The notes under the pieces were generated by a model, which was given only the letters and a program-made list of their open reading frames with translations, ran no database searches and had not been told where the DNA came from. A stretch of 64,000 nt of DNA from positions 14,089 through 78,088 of the forward strand of contig JAHQYM010000001.1 of NCBI GenBank assembly GCA_024421095.1, given 5' to 3'. This document shows positions 46,304-55,342 of this stretch, one piece after another. The stretch is from Acidimicrobiia bacterium. GTDB lineage: Bacteria > Actinomycetota > Acidimicrobiia > Acidimicrobiales > Aldehydirespiratoraceae. Made by a program: the position numbers and the translations under genes. Position 1 is the stretch's first letter. The number at the start of each line of letters is the position of its first letter.

Positions 46304-46595
46304 ACCGCCGAAGTTTCCGCTGACACGATGCCTTGAACTACTTGAGGTATCGCTGCCGCGAGGTGAGACATTGCAGCGTGCTAGTCCGCCACTAGACCGC
46401 CTTCGCAACTCTTGCAACGCTGCTCCAATTCGGCAGAGGGAGTGCCCGCCGGTTCGCCTTTGTGGTATTCGCAACATTGTAATCCGCCTTTGAGTTGATG
46501 TCTCAAGAACGAAGATACATGAAATATTTATGAATGCAACCAAAAGTTCCAAAAAATCTTTAAATCTTTTTTCGTCACGAATCCAGCGTCGTTTT

Positions 46596-46628
46596 GCATA
46601 GAGAAATCATAGAGAAAAGGCTCTATGC
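46596..46628. promoter_or_regulatory. CATAGAG repeat set (two direct, one inverted) just upstream of tsaE
   Basis: GCATAGAG at 46596-46603, CATAGAG at 46608-46614, and CTCTATGC at 46621-46628 (the inverse of the first). Lies in an AT-rich divergent intergenic region. Confidence 0.5.
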
Positions 46629-46637
46629 GCCTAACCT

Positions 46638-47147
46638 GTGATGGGTATGGATGCAACGAATATGGCTACTCTCAGGTGCCGAACCTCAAACGTGGAAGGC
46701 ACCGTCGGTCTAGCTGCAGCGCTCGCTCAGCTTGTCGAGGAAGGCGATTTGTTGGTGTTGACTGGCGACCTCGGCGCTGGCAAAACTGCTTTCACGCAGG
46801 GCTTTGCTAAGGCTCTAGGTGTGGCCGCGCCGGTCACGAGCCCCACATTCACACTCGCTAACCGTTACGAAGGCGACCTAGTTGTCAACCATCTTGATGT
46901 CTACCGTCTTGAAGACACCCAAGAAGCTCGTGACTTGGCGATTCCCGAGTTGCTTGAAGACGGGGTTACCCTCATTGAATGGGGTGAGCGGATCGCCGCG
47001 GCGCTCCCAAACGACCACTTGGCGGTGTGCATCAGCTTTGGTGACCGCGATGACGACCGGCTGATTGCGCTCCAACCCACTGGTGAGCGTTGGCGGAGCC
47101 GTCTCAGCGCGCTAGGCGATGCTTTAGAAGATTGGACAAGTCTCTAA
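46638..47147 (+). CDS. tsaE: tRNA t6A37 biosynthesis ATPase TsaE
   Basis: LTGDLGAGKTAFTQG...VTSPTFTL. Exact start uncertain (46638, 46641 or 46662). Confidence 0.88.
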   Translation: MMGMDATNMATLRCRTSNVEGTVGLAAALAQLVEEGDLLVLTGDLGAGKTAFTQGFAKALGVAAPVTSPTFTLANRYEGDLVVNHLDVYRLEDTQEARDLAIPELLEDGVTLIEWGERIAAALPNDHLAVCISFGDRDDDRLIALQPTGERWRSRLSALGDALEDWTSL

Positions 47148-47908
47148 TGTCAACGCAACCGAAGCAACCGAAGCAACCAACGCAACTAATGCAACCAACG
47201 CCACCAACGTACTCGAGCCCGATAATCTTGGGCATTGAAAGTGCTACCTCAAGGGTGGGATGTGCCATTGGCACGCCGCTGGGAATATTGGCAGCACGTG
47301 AGTCGAACAAACCACGCCAGCACGCCGAATCGCTGGTACCCCAAATAGCCGAAATCCTCGACGAGGCGGCGTTGTCGTTCACCGATATTGATGCGCTAGC
47401 AGTCGATGTTGGCCCTGGTTTGTACACCGGTCTGCGGGTCGGCATCACCACGGCAATAACCATGGCGTACGCTTTGGATAAATCACTGGTTGCGCTGACT
47501 TCGCTTGAGTTGGTGGCACACGCAATCCGTTCCCCCGAGCACAGTTACGAACAGATTGACGTAGTCATTGATGCGCGCCGTGGTGAAGTGTTCCACGCCG
47601 CTTTCACATCGGCTCTCAAACCAATCAGCGAAGCAACGGTAGCGAAACCCGAGGATTTGGCCAAGAAACTCGCTCAAGAAGTACCCAACACTTGCCTCGT
47701 GGGAGATGGAGTTGAGGCGTACCAAGCCATCTTTGCACAAGCCGGGCTCAGCACCAACAATGCAACGATTTATCCCAGCGCGGAAACCAGCGTTGAGTTG
47801 GCGGTAGCCGCAGTGCTGGCCAACAAAACCACCGAACCCGCCAAAGTCAGGCCACTGTATTTGCGTGGCCCCGATGCACAACCAATTGTCGTGCCCACAA
47901 GAAGTTAG
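47147..47908 (+). CDS. tsaB: tRNA t6A37 biosynthesis protein TsaB with a short repeat-encoded N-terminal extension
   Basis: ATG 47147 overlaps the tsaE TAA (TAATG). ILGIESATS...VDVGPGLYTGLRVGI. Confidence 0.88.
   Translation: MSTQPKQPKQPTQLMQPTPPTYSSPIILGIESATSRVGCAIGTPLGILAARESNKPRQHAESLVPQIAEILDEAALSFTDIDALAVDVGPGLYTGLRVGITTAITMAYALDKSLVALTSLELVAHAIRSPEHSYEQIDVVIDARRGEVFHAAFTSALKPISEATVAKPEDLAKKLAQEVPNTCLVGDGVEAYQAIFAQAGLSTNNATIYPSAETSVELAVAAVLANKTTEPAKVRPLYLRGPDAQPIVVPTRS
47156..47209 (+). repeat. In-frame 9-bp tandem repeat (six units) at the tsaB 5' end
   Basis: CAACCGAAG x2, then CAACCAACG, CAACTAATG, CAACCAACG, CCACCAACG, encoding QPKQPKQPTQLMQPTPPT. Confidence 0.9.
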
Positions 47909-47917
47909 GGCAGCATA

Positions 47918-48484
47918 GTGGCGCGCCACGAACTCTACCCGATGCTTCAGACCAAGCCCACTAATCTGCACATTGCACCGATGGCTGCCCAACACCTCAG
48001 CGCGGTTGTTGCTATAGATGAGCTGGGTCACGGTCATAGTTGGTGCCTTAACACTTGGTGTCAGGAGCTAGCCGACCCGAAGCGCCTGCATTTGGTGGCC
48101 ATCGCCAGCACCGAGCGAAGTGACGAAGCGGGTAACGGTGAGTTTGTTGTTGGACATGCTGGGCTGATTTTTTACGCCGATGTTGCACATATCAGTAATG
48201 TTGGTGTCGCCGCTGAGTATCAGGGGCAAGGTATCGCTACTCGACTGCTGATTGAGCTCTTGAAACGCGCCCGAAATCTTGGTGCTGGCAGTGCTAGCCT
48301 TGAAGTTCGTGTGGCCAACAAGCGTGCTCATCGTGTCTATTCTCGGGTTGGTTTCCAACCGTTGGGGGTTAGCGAGAGTTTCTATAGCAAGCCGCGAGAG
48401 GATGCTTTGGTGATGTCGATCCGTTATCTTGACCAACCCGAGGTTGCGGAACGGTTCGCTAAGGTTCTAGCTACGTTGCCATGA
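47918..48484 (+). CDS. rimI: Ribosomal-protein-alanine N-acetyltransferase (GNAT)
   Basis: GNAT motif VAAEYQGQGIATRLL and canonical position between tsaB and tsaD. Start uncertain. Confidence 0.82.
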   Translation: MARHELYPMLQTKPTNLHIAPMAAQHLSAVVAIDELGHGHSWCLNTWCQELADPKRLHLVAIASTERSDEAGNGEFVVGHAGLIFYADVAHISNVGVAAEYQGQGIATRLLIELLKRARNLGAGSASLEVRVANKRAHRVYSRVGFQPLGVSESFYSKPREDALVMSIRYLDQPEVAERFAKVLATLP

Positions 48485-49515
48485 CAGTCACCGCTAGCGC
48501 GCCGACCGATGCCCCGAAAGCAACGCAGGTCTTGGGGATTGAGACGAGTTGCGACGAGACCGCCGCTGCGGTTGTGGAATCTGGGTCGGTGTTGCGTTCC
48601 TCTGTTGTTTCTAGTCAGGTGGAGTTGCATGCGCTTTATGGTGGCGTTGTCCCGGAAGTGGCGAGCCGAGCACACCTAGATTTGATTATCCCGGTAGTGT
48701 CAGCGGCGTTGGCCGAGGCCGGACAGCAACTCACAGATATTGATGCGATAGCTGCTACGCACGGCCCTGGGTTGGTTGGCGCGTTGCTGGTGGGGGTGTC
48801 GGCGGCCAAGTCGTTGGCGTTAGTTTGTGATGTGCCTTTCGTTGCGGTGAACCATCTAGAAGCTCATTTGTATGCGGCGTTCTTAGAGGACGCGGATTTG
48901 CAGTTGCCGATGCTGGTTTTGCTTGTGTCTGGGGGGCACACGATGCTCGTTTTGATGCAGGGGCAGCTGCGTTATCGGGTGCTTGGCGCCACGCTTGATG
49001 ATGCGGCTGGTGAGGCGTTTGATAAGGTCGCTCGGGTTATTGGCCTTGGCTATCCGGGTGGGCCGGCCATTGATCGGTTGAGTACGCAAGGCGACCCGTG
49101 CGCGGTTGCTTTTCCTCGGGCGTTAGCCAAACAAGGTTGGGATTTCTCCTTTAGCGGTTTGAAGACGGCGGTAGCTAACCATGTGCGCAAGAACCCGAAT
49201 GTTGCGAGAGCTGATGTTGCTGCGTCTTTTCAGGAGGCCGTGGTGGAGGTGTTGGTGGAGAAGGCGCGCCGTGCGGCGCGTGAATTTGGTGTGGGTGCGA
49301 TTTGTTTGGCGGGTGGTGTTGCTGCGAACTCGCGTTTGCGTGCACGTACGGCTGAGGTGTGCGCTGCTGATGGGTTGCGTGCGGTTATTCCTAGCCGAGC
49401 GATGTGTACTGACAATGCCGCGATGGTTGCTGCTGTTGGCTGGCATCGTCTGCAAGCGTGTGGGTCTGCTTCGCTTAGCACCGGCGCATCCCCGTCGTTA
49501 TCTTTGCTAAATTGA
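48481..49515 (+). CDS. tsaD: tRNA N6-adenosine threonylcarbamoyltransferase TsaD
   Basis: LGIETSCDETAAAV...HLEAHL...SGGHT. ATGA overlap with rimI. Confidence 0.93.
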   Translation: MTVTASAPTDAPKATQVLGIETSCDETAAAVVESGSVLRSSVVSSQVELHALYGGVVPEVASRAHLDLIIPVVSAALAEAGQQLTDIDAIAATHGPGLVGALLVGVSAAKSLALVCDVPFVAVNHLEAHLYAAFLEDADLQLPMLVLLVSGGHTMLVLMQGQLRYRVLGATLDDAAGEAFDKVARVIGLGYPGGPAIDRLSTQGDPCAVAFPRALAKQGWDFSFSGLKTAVANHVRKNPNVARADVAASFQEAVVEVLVEKARRAAREFGVGAICLAGGVAANSRLRARTAEVCAADGLRAVIPSRAMCTDNAAMVAAVGWHRLQACGSASLSTGASPSLSLLN

Positions 49516-49562
49516 AAAAGTTTTTGAGTTGAGGTTGTGGTAGCGCCACGACGCATCTAGCG

Positions 49563-49589
49563 TTAGCACTCTCTGGGTTAGAGTGCTAA
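49563..49589. promoter_or_regulatory. CIRCE operator (HrcA binding site)
   Basis: Perfect TTAGCACTC-N9-GAGTGCTAA, 63 nt upstream of the groES ATG. Confidence 0.92.
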
Positions 49590-49651
49590 CGCACTATACG
49601 TAATCCAGAGACCTAACCATTAGCAAATCAAGACCGATCTCGGAGGATTGA

Positions 49652-51593
<1,942 letters not shown>

Positions 51594-51614
51594 AGCCCTA
51601 ACGGCTTGTGTTGA

Positions 51615-51641
51615 GAGGCTCGGGTCACCAACCCGGGCCTC
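51615..51641 (+). terminator. Candidate stem-loop terminator after groEL
   Basis: GAGGCTCGGGT-cacca-ACCCGGGCCTC (11-bp stem including one G-U pair), 22 nt after the stop. The downstream T tract is weak (CTTG). Confidence 0.45.
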
Positions 51642-51946
51642 TTGCGCGTCTACCCACAATTTTTATTTTCAGAGTCGTTGGCGTTCGCCGCCGATATAGT
51701 TAGAAAGGTTAACAAACAAAAGGAGTGCCCTTTGTTCGTGCGTCATTTCAAAAAGTTAGGAGACTTACTTATGCCTAGTCCAACCGCACTTTCGGTCCAC
51801 AAACTGCGGGCAGAAACGACACAGACATGTCGGTTCGGGTTGTCTCGAGTCGTTGGTTCTGTGACGCTCGTTCTGGCATTGTTCGCATTCCTTTTGTCAC
51901 CGGCGAAGGTGGGCAAGCTCTAGCGGTGGTAACGTCAGAGTGTAGT

Positions 51947-52509
51947 CTAGATGTGTTGTGCTGGTTTCCAGTTGTGGAGTTTGCGGGGCACATGGTTGAG
52001 GGTGTTTTGGATGAGCGCGAGGTGGATAGGGTTGAGGTTGGTGCCTTTGGGTAGCCAGCGTCGTATCAGCCCGATGGTTTGTTCGTTGCTGGGTCGCTGC
52101 CACGGCGATAGCGGTTCGCAGAAGAACACTTCAAATTCGCAGTTGTGTTCGATGTGTGTCCGCAAGCCATTTCTGATCCTTGGTCCCAGGTGAGGGTTTT
52201 GACTAGTTCAGCGGGTCGTTATCGCAGCGCTGCGTTGACCGCGGCGGCTACATTGTTGGCGCTGTATCCGGCGGGTAACGCCACGATCAAGGTGTGGCGG
52301 CTGACGCGTTCAACGCGTCTCGCGACGGCACTAGCGTTTTTGGTGCCGATCACCAAGTCGCCTTCCCAGTAGCCAGCTTCGCTGCGGTAGTCTGCTTTTC
52401 GGGGGCGCAGCGTCAAAGGCTTGTAATCCCCCAGTACGCTGCGTTTAGCGGTATCGCAGCGGCTGCGATGTTTACGGCAGCGGTGACCGCGCCGCACGTT
52501 ACACGCCAC
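51947..52509 (-). pseudogene. IS30-family DDE transposase, C-terminal two-thirds, frameshifted
   Basis: Two ORF fragments in different frames: ...RPRKADYRSEAGYWEGDLVIGTKNASAV...VERVSRHTLIV... and ...FCEPLSPWQRPSNEQTIGLIRRWLPKGTNL...HVPRKLHNWKPAQHI. The WEGDL and SPWQR-NE motifs are IS30 hallmarks. Confidence 0.75.
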
Positions 52510-52528
52510 ATTGAGATACGATTAAAGG

Positions 52529-53926
52529 GTGATTCGCGTGTGTGCGCTTGTTCGGGTATTGAACGAGGTCAAGCGGGCAGTGGTCGGTGGTTCGCGTGGT
52601 TTGCTGGTGGCGTTGCTGGGCTTGGTGGTGGCGTTGGTGACGGCTCAGTCTGTTGGTGCCGAGGGCGGTTTCGTTGACGTTGAACAAGACCGGTACTACG
52701 CCGATGCGGTTGCGTGGTCGGCGGACAACAACATTACGGGGATTATCGGCGACCGTTTCGAGCCCGAGCGTCCCACAACCCGCGGAGAAGCTGCCTTGTG
52801 GTTGTGGCGGATGAACGGCCAGCCAAGGGGAGCACCTCATAGCTTCACTGATGTGGGCGTGATTCACGCGGATGCGGTGGCGTGGCTGTTCAACGGGGGT
52901 ATCACGACAGGCACTTCGACCACCACGTTCTCACCCCGAAAGGTATTGACGCGTGGCGAGATCGCTGCCCTCTTGTGGCGGATTGCCGGGAAGCCAAGCG
53001 CGCAATCCGGGAGTTTCACCGATGTATTTGCGGAGTGGCAGCAGACTCCTGTGGCTTGGCTGGCGGACACGGGCATTTCTACCGGCACATCGCCGACGAC
53101 ATTCTCGCCAGATCAAGACTTGACACGAGCTCAGCTGATCACGTTCCTTTATCGATACGACAAGCGACACCCGATAACAACGGCGATTCCCGAGCAGACT
53201 GCGACGACCGACGAAGAGCCTCCGCCTCCGCCTCCGCCTCCGCCTCCGCCTCCGCCGCCTCCGCCGCCTCCGCCTCCGCCGCCTCCGCCTCCGCCTCCGC
53301 CTCCGCCTCCGCCTCCGCCTCCGCCTCCGCCGTTGCCGTCGGCCGCCGACATCGCCGCTGAAACCGATCGCGCCGCGAGTGCCGCCGAGGCGAGCGCAGC
53401 GGCAGCCGCGGATGCTGCCCGTGCTGCTAGGACGATCGCGGACACACACCCGGCCGCTGTGGCCGATGCAGCCGATGCAGAGGCTGCAGCGGACGAGTCC
53501 AATATCAGCAGCCAGCTCTCTCGCTACCACTCCGACATAGCGGCGGATCATAAGACAGTCGGTTCCGATCGGCATTGTCATCCTCGAGCGAACAATCTGT
53601 GTCACGCCCACTCGAACTCCGAGCCCTATGCACGTTCTGCCGTCGGTGCGCAGAGCGCTGCCGAAGCCCACGCGCACGCTGCGGATGCACATGCCGCGCA
53701 TGCGCGTGCCGCACTGAAGGCGGGAACAATCGACGCAGAGACCACGGATCGCGTTGTGAAGGCAGCGGCATCGGTTCGGACTCATGCCGAGGCCGCAAAA
53801 GCGGCGGCCGAGGCTGCGTGGGATGCGGTCCACCAACTCGACACGCGGGCCAGCGCAGGACACTCTGTCGACGCGCACGCTGCGGCCGCGATGGCCGCGG
53901 CGGCGCGCGCCGCGGCCGTGTTCTAG
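52529..53926 (+). CDS. Secreted protein with three SLH-like domains, a 38-residue poly-proline spacer and an Ala/His-rich C-terminal region
   Basis: Signal-like RGLLVALLGLVVALVTAQSVGA. Three repeats of F(V/T)DV...AV(A)W....GI(T)TG....F.P....TRG(E/A)...L.R. PPP...P x38, then an Ala-rich tail. Start uncertain (GTG 52529 or a downstream TTG). Confidence 0.7.
   Translation: MIRVCALVRVLNEVKRAVVGGSRGLLVALLGLVVALVTAQSVGAEGGFVDVEQDRYYADAVAWSADNNITGIIGDRFEPERPTTRGEAALWLWRMNGQPRGAPHSFTDVGVIHADAVAWLFNGGITTGTSTTTFSPRKVLTRGEIAALLWRIAGKPSAQSGSFTDVFAEWQQTPVAWLADTGISTGTSPTTFSPDQDLTRAQLITFLYRYDKRHPITTAIPEQTATTDEEPPPPPPPPPPPPPPPPPPPPPPPPPPPPPPPPPPPPPPLPSAADIAAETDRAASAAEASAAAAADAARAARTIADTHPAAVADAADAEAAADESNISSQLSRYHSDIAADHKTVGSDRHCHPRANNLCHAHSNSEPYARSAVGAQSAAEAHAHAADAHAAHARAALKAGTIDAETTDRVVKAAASVRTHAEAAKAAAEAAWDAVHQLDTRASAGHSVDAHAAAAMAAAARAAAVF
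53219..53332 (+). repeat. Near-perfect CCTCCG/CCGCCT hexanucleotide tandem repeat encoding 38 consecutive prolines
   Basis: 114 nt composed only of CCT and CCG codons, in frame with the ORF starting at 52529. Confidence 0.95.
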
Positions 53927-54177
53927 GCGAGTCCCCGAAATGCGGCCGTGGTCGAGAGGTTGAGCGACACCGTCGGCTGCGACACGCCACATTGTTCAGA
54001 GTTGTCACCGAGTCATTATTGCCCACATTTCGCCGAAGAGGCTGAACCGGAGGGTTCCAGCGGTTTGATGTGGACGGCCACGATATCGAGGTCGTTGTAC
54101 TACCGATGGAAGACCTCCGAAGTGTGATGTTGCAGCATCCGCAGAGAAATGTCTCGTTCAAGGGGCAGACCGACGGC

Positions 54178-54273
54178 CTAGGCGGAGATCTGCCCACAAA
54201 GGATCCGTACCCAGAAATCGTACTTCTGCTCCTCAGTCAAAAACTTCTTGTAGCTTCTTTGCTGAGAACCCAT
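54178..54273 (-). pseudogene. IS30-family transposase N-terminal (HTH) fragment ending in a premature stop
   Basis: AGGAGG then ATG 54273: MGSQQRSYKKFLTEEQKYDFWVRILCGQISA*. Compare the E. coli IS30 N-terminus MRRTFTAEEKASVFELWKNG (from memory). Lies ~50 nt inside the 54363 terminus. Confidence 0.5.
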
Positions 54274-54363
54274 CGGGTGCAGCCTCCTTTTCTAAGACCA
54301 CCAATCCCGCCCGATATAGCGTAGAAAAACTCAGAATCTGTCGCGCGAAGTCAGACGCAACCC

Positions 54364-54436
54364 ACTCCTTGGCTGTTTCGGCCTGAGACCTGCCCTCTAA
54401 AACAACTGACAAAATAACTGCGCGACGTTTCGACAT
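54364..54436 (-). pseudogene. 25-codon N-terminal HTH fragment of a different (IS481/IS3-like) transposase, cut by the IS30 terminus
   Basis: MSKRRAVILSVVLEGRSQAETAKEW then runs straight into the IS30-type terminal repeat. The N-terminal pattern is typical of actinobacterial integrase-type transposases as I remember them. Confidence 0.4.
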
Positions 54437-54679
54437 GACACCACAATCGTCGCTCCCGAACCTTGCACATGTCCTGACACCCAACACAAACTAATCACCG
54501 ACCATTATGGCAGGCATGTCACAACCACCGATGGCGGCCGCCGACCTTGGGAATGTAGTCAAGTTAATTTCTTGCAGTGGGGTTGTCTTTGTTGCTTATT
54601 TAATGGATAGTGTTACTTCACGCTTCGGCGTAGCCCCTCCCCCCAGAAAACAAAACTGCATTTCAAAGGACAACGCTCG

Positions 54680-55342
54680 GTGGGCATGGGCAGGGCGGAA
54701 CCAATTACACGATGGATCGATTCGGTTGCGGACCGACTCGGGGTTACTATCTGGGGCCTTGTCGCGGGCGTAGCCGCGGTTGCTGCTGCGGCGTTCGGCG
54801 GATGGTGGGCTTTAGCTTCCCCGCAAACCCCGCAAGTTGAAGAACTATTGCCGAGCGTAGCAACCGCCGAAGGCGTGCCAGCGCAACCCACAATAACCTC
54901 CCTCGCGGCACAGCGGATTATTGTTCATGTTGATGGGGCCGTGTTGTTCCCCGGCGTTCACGAACTCGCCCCAGGCGCTCGGGTACACGATGCGATTGAC
55001 GCTGCCGCAGGTCTGGCTGCCGATGCCGACCGCTCACGGCTGAATTTGGCAGCACCGCTAAATGACGGGCAGCGTGTTTGGGTTCCGAGCATTGGTGAGG
55101 CAGAACCGGTACCGCTGAATCCCGGTGACTTCGGCGGCTCAAAAGTTGACGCGTTAGTGAACCTCAACACGGCTGACCTCGCTGCGTTAGAAACTCTGCC
55201 TGGGGTTGGGCCAAGTATTGCTGCGGCGATTATTGGTTACCGCGGCGAACACGGTGCCTTCAGTCGTGTCGAGTCCCTGCTTGAGGTGCCGGGTATTGGT
55301 GAAGCCAAATTGGAGCAGTTAGCTCCCTTGGTGACTGTGTGA
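54680..55342 (+). CDS. comEA: Competence protein ComEA (membrane anchor plus helix-hairpin-helix DNA-binding domain)
   Basis: TM segment then VNLNTADLAALETLPGVGPSIAAAIIGYRGEHGAFSRVESLLEVPGIGEAKLEQL. Start uncertain. Confidence 0.85.
   Translation: MGMGRAEPITRWIDSVADRLGVTIWGLVAGVAAVAAAAFGGWWALASPQTPQVEELLPSVATAEGVPAQPTITSLAAQRIIVHVDGAVLFPGVHELAPGARVHDAIDAAAGLAADADRSRLNLAAPLNDGQRVWVPSIGEAEPVPLNPGDFGGSKVDALVNLNTADLAALETLPGVGPSIAAAIIGYRGEHGAFSRVESLLEVPGIGEAKLEQLAPLVTV

Larger units (their letters stand above)
51837..54363 (-). mobile_element. Decayed IS30-family element (or two truncated co-oriented copies) whose ends bracket an SLH-protein gene
   Basis: The right-end-type terminus GGGTTGTCTCGAGTCG is at 51837 and the inverted terminus GGGTTGCGTCTGACTTCGCGCGACAG ends at 54363. 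Transposase C-terminal fragments lie at 51947-52509 and an N-terminal fragment at 54178-54273, all on the minus strand. Confidence 0.6.

Noticed and set aside
51642-51923. 93-aa plus-strand ORF (or a 50-aa version from ATG 51771) after groEL
   Set aside because: It runs across the inferred IS30 terminus at 51837, so it would be a chimera of flank and IS sequence. It has no motif. I keep only a small possibility that the 50-aa TM peptide is real.
52931-53992. 353-aa minus-strand ORF with a poly-Arg run and 117-aa minus-strand ORF with a poly-Gly run; also a plus-strand poly-(Ala-Ser) ORF at 52882-53361
   Set aside because: All are alternative frames of the CCT/CCG repeat. Only the poly-Pro frame is continuous with the signal peptide and the SLH repeats.
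54507-54773. 88-aa plus-strand ORF upstream of comEA, and a GGGGTTGTCTTTGTTGC sequence at ~54575 resembling the IS30 terminus
   Set aside because: The ORF has no motif and overlaps the likely comEA start region. The 9-nt match to the IS terminus is too short to distinguish from chance.
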